This document shows positions 50,180 through 62,799 of a stretch of 64,000 nt of DNA, piece by piece. The notes beneath the pieces were generated by a model, which did not search any database, was not told the origin of the DNA, and saw nothing but the letters and a program-made list of their open reading frames with translations. Position 1 is the stretch's first letter, and each line of letters begins with the position of its first letter. Source of the stretch: Chara braunii (taxonomy: Eukaryota > Plantae > Charophyceae); the NCBI GenBank assembly GCA_003427395.1, contig BFEA01000040.1:1765869-1829868 (forward strand). The letters run 5' to 3'. Position numbers and translations under genes: made by a program.

Positions 50180-50342
50180 TCACAGGAACTACTGCCTCCC
50201 CAAATCCAGCTTGGGCAAGCTCAAATGCCATCCATCCTCATCCCAACACCCTATGCATTGTTCATCTGCCAGGGTTTAGGGTATTGGGCCAAAACTTGTG
50301 ACTTTGAACAGAGGTGATCAGACACCACCCTTGGTGGGAAGT

Positions 50343-50732
50343 CTATGATTTCAAGGTTTATGGTTTAGGGTTTACGATTTGGGGTTCGGGATGATACCAT
50401 GGTTTACAATTCGGGGTCCGGGATAAAACTATGGTAACCGTTTAGGAATTTGGGTTTTATGGTAACTGTATGTTTTACGGTTTATAGTTTATGGTTTATG
50501 GTTTATGGTTTATGGTTAGGAAGACGATGATCTCATGGTTTATGGTTTACGGTTTGGGGTTCGGGATGATACCATGGTTTAGAATTCAGGGTTTGGGATG
50601 GTACTATGGTTTAGGATTCAGAGTTTATGGTAACTTTATGATTTACGGTTTATGATTCATGGTTTATGGTTTATGGTTTAGGAAGAGTATGATCTCAAGG
50701 TTTATGGTGTAGGGTTTGGGATTATACCATGT
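50343..50732. repeat. Telomere-like degenerate heptamer array (TTTATGG/TTTAGGG) in ~2.2 higher-order units
   Basis: ggtttat runs; ggggttcgggatgataccatggttta and atgat.tca.ggtttatgg recur at ~160-185 bp spacing. Confidence 0.75.
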
Positions 50733-50904
50733 GATGAAATGAGCTCAGAAAGGGTCAGCATCAAGCGCCCAGAGACGAATGGAGATTGAAGTAGGTGAAC
50801 GGAGCCATCACTGCTGCTCAGGGGTTCCTTCGGCCTTCATGGAGAGAAGCATGTGGGTGACATCCTGAGAAAGAATATATACATTTTTGTCTCGCTTTTT
50901 TCAG

Positions 50905-51000
50905 AGTGATTTTATTCTGTTCATCTGATTACATCTGGCCTCGAACTTGGGTCTGTATTTGAGCAGTTCATGGGTGTACCAACTGAGCTAGGTCCGTTGG
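50905..51000 (-). mobile_element. tRNA-derived SINE copy
   Basis: Reverse complement reads tagctcagttgg (perfect A box) tacacccatgaactgctcaaatacagacccaa gttcgaggc (B box). Confidence 0.7.
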
Positions 51001-51230
51001 TGCTGACAGGGAATCATCGATTTGCTGGAAGAAGAGATGCAGACAGATTACTCCCCAGGAAAGAAGAAATGGTCAGAAAGATGGGCTCTTGATTTGCAGG
51101 CATTTTCAGGCTTCTCCCTCCCCCTCCCCCCTTCCCTCCCCCCCCTAGAAAGATGGGAGCGTCAATGGAATCATTAGTCAATCAGAATAGCGGTAGAAAT
51201 GTCTTCGTCGAGTGAATGCTCCCCGGCATT

Positions 51231-51275
51231 TCCTCGACGTTTCAGCTAGCACCGGTACTGGCATCATCAGGAGGA
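51231..51275 (-). ncRNA. Minimal type-I hammerhead ribozyme motif of the Penelope-like element
   Basis: UCCUC-CUGAUGA-U-GCCAGUA(ccgg)UGCUAGC-U-GAAACGUC-GAGGA; same strand as, and ~320 bp 3' of, the RT. Confidence 0.8.
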
Positions 51276-51593
51276 GAATCTGAGAGGCCAACAGGCCGAG
51301 TTACTATCTAGCATTCCATATACAGTAGTTTTGTCACCACATTATTCCCCACAGCCTGATTTCCTCGTCCTCCTTTTTTTCCCGATATCTCCTTGTGTCC
51401 CTCTCCTTTACTAGGCCTCCTGGTCTGCCTGAATGACTCATTCCTTTTTCCCCTCCCCTGATCTACAGGCTTCCCTAAATCGCCCGCTCTAACTTCGATA
51501 CTCTTCCGGATTTCACACGCGCGTAATCTCAAAATCACAGGCTTTTCCTTGTCTTTACTGTCGCTCAGATACCCAGGTCCGCGCATCCCGGTT

Positions 51594-53140
51594 CTACTTG
51601 GCGTATAAATGTCCCAAAAACTTTGCCAAAAAAAAATCCCCTGCGTAACCTACTAACGCAAGTTCGATTTTTAGAGCCCTCACCGAAGGTCCTGCTTGCT
51701 CTGGACTCGTAGCGCAGGTCCTGATCCGATGGAGTGCGCTCATCACTGTCGCATGTTTTTGCCTCCGATCAGTGTAGGACAAAAAGCCCTGCGCTGTACT
51801 GAGTCTCAGCGCCCTTTGACTTCCAGGGTTTCATCTTCATTATTCCCGCTGTACCTGCAGTCGATTCTCAGGGGCCCATTGGCCCCATTCCAAATGTTTA
51901 CATTTGCACCCTAAGAACGCCCATTCGTTATCTCGTTCATCCGTGCGAACCAACTGGAGGTTTGTGTCGTACATCTCTTCTGTCTTTCTTCTCACTCTTT
52001 CCACTCTTCTCCTTGTTCTGTCATTATTCCCTTTCCAGAAAAAAAAACACAACAACAGGTCATCCACCAACCGGATTCCTCTGACGAGGTTTCTGTCAGT
52101 CCCACAGCCTGCCAGAAATCTGAACTCCCTGAAAATACACAGCAAATCCGCCAGCGGTGGGCTGCTTCTCTTTCCCATAACAGGTATACGGTATACCCAC
52201 CTTCTTGTGGATCAGTCTCCCCGCAGCCCATACGTATGTGGTCCGTAGTTCGTAGTCCACAAACTTCAAGATATCCTTAAAGGGGATCTCTACCCATTCC
52301 GTCAGGTCTTGCCTCCTCATTGACGTTCCTTTCCCTTTCCTCTTCACACACACGCTTCTGTACCCCTTCTTCACCCAAAAAGATTAGGATCCATTGCAGT
52401 GCTCTCCTGATAGAATCATGAGGCAATCTACTGAGCATTTCCTTAATAATATCATAAGCCATGACGGTATGACCTCTATCGTCCCATTCTTCCCTTTCCT
52501 TTCCCCCCAATTCTCCATCACTCCCGAGTCCCAACCTCCTTACGCGTGCAGATTGAAGTGGCCAGCCACCGGCAGATAGTTAATCAGTCAGTTTATACCT
52601 CTACCTATACATCTACCTATTCTCTGGCCTGGGGACTAATTGGTCCGAATTTCTTCACGTCCTTATGTTTTGGAACCACGTAGCGTTTTCCCCAACTGCC
52701 CTCCCTGTTCCATCCTCCCAACCTCTCAAAGCCCTTCTTGTTATACTCCTGCCTGCCTGCAACTCAACAACGTCTCTCTTTCTGACTCGCCTACAGCTTC
52801 AAACGAGTCAGTGTTCCACAACAACTCCTCCATGCCTTTCGCATAGGTCCCTGGACAAAGGACTAACGTCTCAGCTGGGTTTTTGTCCACAGGTGCACAC
52901 ACAAATCCTCTGACGAAACTTCTTACGGCGGTCAGTCCAATGTCGTGCGTGCACCTTTCTGTCCTTTCTACTTACACATCCTTCCACTTCCAAGTTCCAA
53001 CCAAGATACTGTACTTTTTACTCCATTCCTTGCCAGGTCCGGATTGATCTCCTTCCATAGTGAACTCCTCAGATTCTTGCATTCCCGATGTAGGACATTC
53101 TTCGCATTTTTCAGAAACCATGTTTCCCCACTTTTCTGAG
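51594..53140 (-). pseudogene. Penelope-like element reverse transcriptase, frameshifted
   Basis: Motifs in order: FVCAPVDKNP..LVLCP..Y; YVVPKHKD.KKF.PI; AYD(I)IKEMLSRLPH; MGKRSSPPLADL; IRLVDDL; AFLG; QKHATVMSALHRI. Confidence 0.85.
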
Positions 53141-54533
53141 CAATATTCCCCTCGATTGCAGGGGCCGGTCATTGCGAACTTAGCCATATGCCCTTAGGCC
53201 TCGACTGCAGGGGCCGGCGCATTTCTTTTGCCGACTGCAGGGTCCAACAGCCAGAAATACCCGGGCATACAGGACCCAGTAGGGGTATATGCAAAAGATG
53301 GCAGGTCCAATTGGCGAGTGGGGTATTTCGTAACGTTTCCCACCTGTCCCCGCCATAACTGTGCCTTTTAGGGGTATCCAAGGAAACACCCCAACTTTCA
53401 GGGGCATTTCAACAGTTTTCCCTTTTTTTTAACGCATGCTTTCTGTGCACAGAAATGGGATTGACCTTTAAGGGGACCAGGCTGACCCTCTATTCATGCC
53501 ACAATAGCAGGCATCACTAATTTCCAGGCCATCAGCCAACCCAAGTGCTACGCGGCCATGTATCTCCCATTGCCTTTGGCAGTGCCTCAGATCACTCGTG
53601 GCATGCCTAGAGCCTTCTACACAGGCCCCGTTTAGTAGGCCCACCATAGTAGATAGGGCCGCCCTTTTCATTTCAGGCAGGCGCCGTCTGTTCTGATTCC
53701 AGGTACGTGCATCTGCCCTCAGCCCAGTTTGTTCCGTCGCCACACTGCACGCGGAACAAAAAACGAAACGAGACTCAGTGCATCTTCCCGCAGAAAATGG
53801 CCAGGTTCATCAGTTTGCTGTAAATAGCGATGAGTGAATTTTGCCACCTTTCATGGGCAGATGCAGTCGTTTCGTTTTCGTTTCGTGCGCCGTGTGGCGA
53901 GGCCCTTCAGGCAGGCAGGCGTGTGGGTATTTCGTCCGTTCTGAGTCCAGGCGTGTCTGTCCTTGCCTGTCCTCGGCGCAGCTGGCTTTGCTTTGACTCT
54001 AGGCAGGCGTGTGAGTATTTTACTGTTTTGTTGGGTCTGAGTCCAGTGCATGTGTTTTTGTCTCCTCTCAGCTGAGCTTTCTTTGCTTTGAGTTCAGACA
54101 GGCGTGGTACACTTTTGTCTGTTCTGAGTCCAGACATGAGGCAGTTTGCCTGTTCTCAGCCAGTATCGCGTTGTGCTGGCCCAGCTCGTTTTTGAGGCTG
54201 GGTCAGGTTCCAGTCTTTGGGTCATACCGTTTTTCTTCCAGGCCCTGCTGCTGATGCAGCGTGGTAGTGTCTGGACCAGTGTGGAGTCCCAGGCCACACG
54301 TTCTGGGCCTGGGCCTGAGATTTTGTGGCCACACACGGCCTCACATCTGGACTGCCGTTCTTTCGTTGGATTGGACAGCCCAGATGGAGGCCGGCTTGGG
54401 TTGGAGGTGGGCCCAGTAGTTGGCAGGTAGTTCTCACGTCGTTCATGTGCCACCAGGAAGCCCAGCTGAGAAGCCCAATGCTGGTAGAGGTAGAGGAGCT
54501 AGAGGTTAGCACTGTAGGAGGTTGAGGGGGGGG

Positions 54534-54605
<72 letters not shown>

Positions 54606-55100
54606 CAAGCAGNNNNNNNNNNNNNNNNNNNNNNNNNNNNNNNNNNNNNNNNNNNNNNNNNNNNNNNNNNNNNNNNNNNNNNNNNNNNNNNNNNNNNNNN
54701 NNNNNNNNNNNNNNNNNNNNNNNNNNNNNNNNNNNNNNNNNNNNNNNNNNNNNNNNNNNNNNNNNNNNNNNNNNNNNNNNNNNNNNNNNNNNNNNNNNNN
54801 NNNNNNNNNNNNNNNNNNNNNNNNNNNNNNNNNNNNNNNNNNNNNNNNNNNNNNNNNNNNNNNNNNNNNNNNNNNNNNNNNNNNNNNNNNNNNNNNNNNN
54901 NNNNNNNNNNNNNNNNNNNNNNNNNNNNNNNNNNNNNNNNNNNNNNNNNNNNNNNNNNNNNNNNNNNNNNNNNNNNNNNNNNNNNNNNNNNNNNNNNNNN
55001 NNNNNNNNNNNNNNNNNNNNNNNNNNNNNNNNNNNNNNNNNNNNNNNNNNNNNNNNNNNNNNNNNNNNNNNNNNNNNNNNNNNNNNNNNNNNNNNNNNNN

Positions 55101-55171
<71 letters not shown>

Positions 55172-55370
55172 CGTATTTCTTCTCCTGGTCCTCCATCTCT
55201 TCTTCCTCTTCTTGAGAGAGTGAGAGACTGGAGACTTGGCATTAGTGCTATGGCGAATCAACCCCTTGTTCAAGATCTGGGATTCATTCATTCGGGGTTG
55301 TTTGGAGGTCGACGGGAGTGAGAGATGGAGGAGAGACTATTAGTCCTTGGCGCTGCCATACATTATTTCT

Positions 55371-55417
<47 letters not shown>

Positions 55418-55918
55418 TTCTTCTTCTTCTTCTTCTTCTTCTTCCATTCTCCTCCACCTCGAGTCCGTCTGTGCATGGATATGGCAGGCAGTTTCTTCTA
55501 TGCATTACCCCCTCAGGTCAGATCTTCGCCACAGTGTCCGCTTGTGGCACTGTCAGTCAGTTGTGTTTGTTCTGAATCTTCCGCTGTGTTAGTTTGCATC
55601 TCTTCATCATGTTGGTGATCTTTGGACTTGCATTGCCGATCAGGCATGCATCATCACCCCAACCTGCCAGTGGTTCCACACTCTTCCTCCTTTATTGTCC
55701 TTTTCGACTTGTATTGTCCTGCCTGACATTCTCGAAAGCAAGGCGTCAAGCCATCACCACAATTCATTAACAAGAGACGACCAGCACACAGCACCATAAT
55801 GATTGTGCTCCTCACTCACCCCCTTCCACCGCAATGCATCAACTCTTAAGCGTCTTAAGACTCTTAACTGATCATGGAGTCAAACCAGCACCACAATGGG
55901 AAACTTATGGCATCCTTG

Positions 55919-55953
<35 letters not shown>

Positions 55954-57632
55954 CGCAACGACGACAGTACCATTGCATTGACACTCAGTCTGATCCCCGT
56001 GTAGAATTTGCCGCCTGGAAACGACAGCAGGCATTGTAAGTTGGTGCACTCGACATCTGGAGAGAAGTGGTGGAATCAGCTGGGCAGCTGCCATATCTCC
56101 GAAATCACTACACCGTTTGGGAGAAGGGTTGGCGGCAATTCAGTAATGACCGGGAGGAGATCTGTTGTGGACAAGGGAGACTGGTGGGAAAGGGACTTAT
56201 GACAGTGCAAATGCCCCTTCATGATAAGCGAGGTTGTTTCAAGAAAGTCAGCCACAAGAACCCAACACATATGACAGAATGGGGCACACATGTAAGTGCT
56301 GGAAGCAGATAGATGCAAAGATTGAAAGGGCAACCCCCTTCCAAAGAAACAGAGTTACAAGGGGGTATTGCTCTGCTGCAATTCAGCCCCTTCATATCCC
56401 TCCCTCTTCACCTTTCTTTTGTGTACTGACAGAGAGGAAGTCAGATATCAGACACCTCAGTGGGGTCAACGATGGCATCATTGCTGAAGATCAATAGAGT
56501 CTGTTGTCATGGCTATGCTTGCTTCCTGACAGAGCATGTGGCAGTTTTATTGGGAGGAATGTCCTTTCTCCAACCTGTTTCATCTCTCCCAGAATTCCAC
56601 ATGGCCCGGTACATAAGTGGACAGATCTGTCTGTCTGTCTGTCTGTCTCTCGATCTGCCGGACTGTCGGTCTTTCGCTCTGTCGGTCAGTCAGTCAGTCG
56701 GTCGGTCGGTCGGTCGGTTGGTTGGTTGGTCTGGTCAGTCCATTGGCCGGCCTGCCTGCGTCTGTTTGTGTGTCTGTCTGTCTGTCTGTGCAATGACTTG
56801 CTGATTTCTGCTGCCGAGATTGACTGCGAGGCTGTACACTAACCGGTAGGTTAGATTTGTAATTTTTTTTTGGGGAATTCATTTTTCGCGGACAGGGTTC
56901 GTGGCCAAGGAAGTTCTGCAGCGCTGAAGATGGGAGCGGCACCCCGGACTTCAGCTTGGTGATGACAGCCATAGCCGGCCTCTGAGAGGTTGCCATAGCT
57001 GGGGCACTCTCAGCGCATCTACCCCTGGGGGTATCTGCGTGTGGCAGGGCTATCTTGAGGCTCTTCAGAGTGTATTGGTGGATGCTGTTGCTGGCGCCCT
57101 ACTTCGCAGGGCTTCTGTAGCAGCCGGGCAGCCATAGCTGCCTTCTTCTTCGTCAGAGTGACTCATCGGCACTGAGGACTACATCGCAGTTCATGATCTT
57201 CATCTGGGTGGATGGCACTTGCCTCTGGGAGGCTGTTTCAGTGTAGCGCTTGTCTCTGAGAGTGGGATAGTGGGTGTGGTGTGTGATACTGAGGTGGCGA
57301 GATACTGGGTTGAACTCTGTAACGATAATTAGGGTTAATTGAGTTGAGTTGGCTCATCATCAGTGTTATATTCTGATTGTGATCTTCGCAGTGTCATCTT
57401 GTGATTGGTTGTTGGGAGTTTTTCAGAGAGAGAGAAACACTGTGTGTATTCTCCCCATCTGTGCATGGTTGATATTCCGCTGCTTATCTCTGGTCTGTGT
57501 ACAGTGTGGACTCTGTCTCCTCTCCCCTGTGTCTTGTGCATGTATGGGCATGTGTGAGATATCCTGTGTGCGAGTGGCAGCAAAATTGTCAGACGACCAA
57601 GTTCATAACATCTGTCTGTCTGTCTGTCTGTC

Positions 57633-57705
<73 letters not shown>

Positions 57706-57706
57706 N

Positions 57707-57793
<87 letters not shown>

Positions 57794-58736
57794 CACACAC
57801 GATCTCACTCCTGATGTTGATGTCAACCAGGTACCTGCAATCTTTGCATTACGGTAATGCCATCTCGGCTGTGCTATTTATTGGTCTTGGCTCAATTTTT
57901 GAGATGGAATTAAATGGGTGGTGCTTCCGTTTTACATTTGTTAGGCAAGTTGTATAGTTGAGATGAAGCTTGCCCCTCACCACCTTAACCACTTTGATTC
58001 AATTAAAGACTGTAACAATTGTAGAAGAAAGGTATGACAAGCGCCAAAGTGCCAGTTGATATGATTCTGTCCTTCCATGCTCAACTCGCAAAACTCAATT
58101 GTGAGACAATTTGGCATTACATTGCAACTCAAGGAGAAGATGAATGGGTTCACGAGAAAAGAATCGGAACCAATGCCATCTCCCTCTCATTATTTACCCC
58201 TGCTCTTTATTTCTAAAGAATTACAATAATAAAAATGATCAAATGAACAAGAATTAATGTCCAAAAGAACCCATTTACTGACAGACTAGAAAGAGCTCTC
58301 CTATAGCTCACTCCTCCTCTACTCTCCACTAGGTATGACAAATAGCCATGGTGGAGCATCCAAAGCCACCACGGATATTCAGAGGACAACACCCTGCTGT
58401 AACGCCTTTCTCCTCTTCATTACCGCCATAGCTACTCCTTCGGATGAGTCCTATGCCCAACCGGTACCCCAGCAGGGGCCTTCTCGATGCAGCGCCAGCT
58501 AGAAATATGGAGATGCCGATTCACCATAGCCAAAGGTAAGTCTCCTTGCCAGTTCCTACCTTTCTCCTCCTTCAACCTCGCTTCACCTCCATAGCCTGGC
58601 TGGAAGGTCTTTTCCCTCTACCTCCATAGACTACTGACGACCAGTGCCGCCACATTGGCAGTGATAATCACCACAGGTTGCCCTCCTTGGCTGCCACATA
58701 TCCTTCTTCACCATTCCTCCCATCTGTTCTCAACCC

Positions 58737-58845
58737 TACCGTCTTCACCCGAATAGAACGCCCGGTCATTATAGCTGTATTTGGGACAACTTTCAGCCCA
58801 GATACGGCGATAATTACCGGGCGTTCTATTCGGGTGAAGACGGTA
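58737..58845. mobile_element. pogo-type MITE copy (with TA)
   Basis: taccgtcttcacccgaatagaacgcccggt pairs with accgggcgttctattcgggtgaagacggta. Confidence 0.88.
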
Positions 58846-59463
58846 GTGGAAGAGCTCTCTGGCTAGAGGTCAACCAGACTGTCGCTCAATGGTGTTATGC
58901 ACCGCACTACTGCTCGGACCCGACAGTAGTAGCGCACTCATAGGAAACCGAACCAATACCCAACTGCAAGGAAAACTCCACAGGAGAGACTCCAATCACA
59001 AGCTCGATGGATTTTATTTACCCGCATGCACAATGTGACCAGACTAGTAGTAGAAACCACCAAGCAATGCTCACATCAGACCAAGAGTAGTAAGAGTTGG
59101 CTTCTCTTGGATGATTAAAAACCCTCTTCGCACCCCCGGGGCCTTTTGCCGGGGATGAGTAACTGAACTGAGGACCCTCAGAATAGATGGGGCTGTTTTG
59201 GGGTGTAATGTTTTGGGGGAAAAGAAGAAGGAAAACCCTCTTCTCACCTCGGGGTCCGAAATGCATACGACAACGGCAAATGACAGTTTGCAGTCCTCGA
59301 TGGTCTCTCTACCTGCAGGTATAACCACCTACTCTATCCTCTACTCTATACGACAGCGAAGTACAGAGTACTGGCTCTTCTTCAGACAGGAGCTACATAA
59401 ACAACTCAGCCTGGCTCTTCTAGACAACCTGGCTCGTGTACCAGTTCGGTCGCATGGATGCAC

Positions 59464-60879
59464 CTAAAATACCTCCACAAACAGCTGGCTGTTTTTGAGA
59501 CAGGAGCTACATATCCAAGCAACCGAGCCCGTGTCTCTGTACCTCACCCTCCTAAGATCAAATCTTTCCCGTATCTCGCTTGCCCCACCTTCGAGGATTC
59601 TCTCCAACCAGTCCATCGCGTCCTGAGGTGTCACGCCATCTTCCTGGTCATCATCCTTGAACATATCCTTCCCGCTTGCATTCATCCTCTTCTCAAGGTC
59701 TTCCAGGTCCACAAAATCCAGACCAGCATCCCCCACAGCTCCAATCACAAAGCTTGTCCACTTGGCCAAACCACCCAAGTCCGGCACAAGCTCACAGAGC
59801 CCCATGGAAATTGCACAGCCAGCTTTCAGAAGCACAGTCATAGCGAGAATTGTCCACTTGAAGAGCGTCCACGCATGGCGTCTTTCCTTCTCCTGAAGAT
59901 GCAACTCCTTCCCTTTCTGTCCGTCTACGACATGAAACTGGTCACGGCATTCGCACATGAGGTGCAGCTCGACTGACGTCAATCCAAACAGGAAGCTTAG
60001 TTTCTGGCGAGAGCCAGATGTCCGCTGAGTGATGTAAACGCGATGAGGTAGGCGACGAGTGTGCTGATCGGTGGCAAAAACAGAAATTCGCGACAGGGCG
60101 TTGCAGATTCTTGCGAATGCATTTCTTTGCTCGTCCCTCTGCATGTTCACGACTTCTTTCATCTCGTTGATGGACCGAAAATTTCGGTCGACTTTCCTAC
60201 CCACATCACGAAAACCCCTCGTCACCAAGTCAGCCAGCTCATGAGCATATTTTGGAGTCTGTTCACATCCAAATAGCCCGTCAGGACAATCGCCAATGCT
60301 GCTATTGCATCCAGCTTCACACCATATTTGCTCCGAGTTGCCCTCTTGTACACCAAAGCTCTCGCAGACTCTGTTCAGGTTATTCTTTTGTATAGACAGG
60401 TGGCACTCCAGTGTTCTTGGTCTGATTAGCGCCATAGCATCGTCACAGGATCGTGGAACAATTTCCTGGCCCTTCTCGTCCCAAATGGCGTGCCAGGAAT
60501 GCATGTACCTATATTCCTCCCTCTCCATTCCCTCAATCAGCGTCTCCTCTGTGACAGTCTGATCGTCACTTCGATACCTCCGCGGAACAATAAGAGATGC
60601 TGTTACACAGAGGGGACGCAAAATCTTTGTCACTAGATCCACACCTGGGAGACCTGTCGGCTCGCTGCGAAGCTCATAGATAGTTCGCAGAATATTCTTT
60701 TCAACCCATTCGGCTGACTCCGCAGGAGGAGCTTTGGACGACGACACCAAAACGTCAATCCAATCATCGTGGCTTCCCCCAAACTCCACGTAGATCTCGT
60801 AGCCATTGGAGAATATCTCACAAAGGTCCTTCTTGCAGTTGTAAATACCCTTGTCATGGAATTGCCCATGGAAGCGTAC
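59464..60879 (-). CDS. TORNADO1-like (LRR-Roc-COR) protein, terminal exon encoding COR and the C-terminus; upstream exons not identified
   Basis: Motifs colinear with plant TRN1 as I recall it: VEFGG...IDVLVSSSK; KILRPLCV...RYR; YRYMHSW; LHLMCECRDQFHVVDGQKG; LVPDL; RFDLRRVRYRDTGSVAWIC. Candidate acceptor gtgcAG|GTACGC; the frame is open for ~470 codons. Confidence 0.85.
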   Translation of the reverse strand, partial: VRFHGQFHDKGIYNCKKDLCEIFSNGYEIYVEFGGSHDDWIDVLVSSSKAPPAESAEWVEKNILRTIYELRSEPTGLPGVDLVTKILRPLCVTASLIVPRRYRSDDQTVTEETLIEGMEREEYRYMHSWHAIWDEKGQEIVPRSCDDAMALIRPRTLECHLSIQKNNLNRVCESFGVQEGNSEQIWCEAGCNSSIGDCPDGLFGCEQTPKYAHELADLVTRGFRDVGRKVDRNFRSINEMKEVVNMQRDEQRNAFARICNALSRISVFATDQHTRRLPHRVYITQRTSGSRQKLSFLFGLTSVELHLMCECRDQFHVVDGQKGKELHLQEKERRHAWTLFKWTILAMTVLLKAGCAISMGLCELVPDLGGLAKWTSFVIGAVGDAGLDFVDLEDLEKRMNASGKDMFKDDDQEDGVTPQDAMDWLERILEGGASEIRERFDLRRVRYRDTGSVAWICSSCLKNSQLFVEVF

Positions 60880-62799
60880 CTGCACATCCGCCACATCACA
60901 AATCCAAAATGGTAAGTCCGAATTTTTTGCTTACTCTGGCTGTACATCTTTGTGTGGCCATCCATCTGCTGCAAGCATAGGAGGCATACATACCCAGACA
61001 GCAGCGTCACACTACAGGTCAATCGGCAACAACCATTAGACGGTGCAGTGTTGCACCTATGTCCTGGGGTTTGCAGCAGATTCATCAACATGACGGGCAA
61101 GAGTGGGTTACTTTGCATGCTGCTGATTCTACAGAATACATTGAATTAAATTTGTGCCCTGGGCTATTCTGGACTGATCTTTCCCTCAACTATGATTTTT
61201 CAGTTCAATTCCATCCTGGTTGAGTGAATTCAAGAAACTGACAATTACAGACTACCACCGGTCTTCTCCAGAACACAATGCACCTGGTCATGAATGTATG
61301 CAAACTATCTTTCAGGTCTGATGCAGTCATGGTGAGCAACTCCGCTGGTTTGCACCAAATTGCACGTGATTTCTGGTCTGATACAATGTACAATGTATCC
61401 AATTTCTGGTCTGATGCAATGTACAATGTGTGTGAGCTCTGGTGTCTAGATCCTTCACTCCTCTGATTTGCAGTCTTTTTTTTTTTTTTTTTACTAATGA
61501 ATTTGAACCATTTCTCGATTTATGTGTGCCATCCTTGTGCAGGGGCGATGCGAATCTTCTCTGTATCGTTCCAGTTTTACGTTTTAACAGATGTCGCAAA
61601 GGACACTGGTTGGCAGGTTTGATTTCTGAGATTGTGAAGCTCTTAGTTGCTCTGTGAAGATTCAGGTGAGGTAAGACTCTCCAGCAAACCCTGGACAGAC
61701 ATTGTTTTTGAAGGCATGGTCGCGACAACAAGAGCGATGCAATGGAGCCAAAGGACCAGCAAAGTGATGATCAGGACTCATACCGAGGAGACAAAACATC
61801 GTCAAAGATGCAATGTGTATCCATAGAATCATAAAATGATACAATGTAGCACAGCGGAAGACTTAAGATACAACCTGACACATCGGACACTGTTGCATAC
61901 TGTAACATTGCAGACCAGAACAAGAACCGACCTCTCAATACAAAGTACAAGATAACACAGCGGAAGACTTAGATACTAATGATCCGAACAATCAATATTG
62001 CAATGCAGCCCTGAACACACATCATCATCATCGTTATCTGGTGTGAAGGGGGTCTGGCGCTTCACACAAGAAGACTGCGCCAGCCCCAACCATACACAGA
62101 CGAAGAAGGAGGGGTTAGACGAAGAGGAGGGGAAGATNNNNNNNNNNNNNNNNNNNNNNNNNAATGTCGTCAAGTCTCAAGTCACAACTCTTTCTCTCTC
62201 TGTCGTAGTCTGAGAAGTCAGGGGGCGAGAGGGTGAGAAGAGATGGTGGACTTAGAAGAGGAAGAAGAAGAACGCTCTCTCTCTCTCTCTCTGTGTCCAG
62301 TACTAACCTGTGAAGCTGGCACATTGATGCAGGTACCTCGAAGATGGAGCTGGAGCTATGGCGCCACAGGTAAGTACCGCTGGCCTCCGCCAGCCATCTC
62401 TTCCAACTCTACGATCTACCACCTATAGCGCCCAGCGCTGAAGACTACAGCTATGGCTATGGGCGCCCAGCGCTGAAGACTACTACTAGCGCTAATACTA
62501 CTGCCTAGCGCTGAAGACTACTGCAGCGCTCCTCCTGAGTGCTGCGGCCGAATCCTGAAGACTACTCGTGCCTACTGACAACTTCCTTACCTGGGAAGTG
62601 CATGGGAACTTCCTATGTACTACCGGGTGTGCCTCCCGACTGCAGACGAGCAGTCCAGGAGGCTGCTCTTGCCAATGCCGAAGGGAGGCAGGGGCTGCAG
62701 CTGCAGCTCCTGCTTGAGCTGGCGTGGGGAACAGGCTATTTCTGGNCTGTTCCCGAAACCCTGTTTCCGTGCCTGAGTCTTAGGTAGGTCGAACACAAT

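Noticed and set aside
60633-61844. Candidate upstream TRN1-like exons (ORFs 60633..61118 and 61662..61844)
   Set aside because: No convincing match to the expected GRRL.C...PGFFPRLQ segment and no compatible splice donor found.
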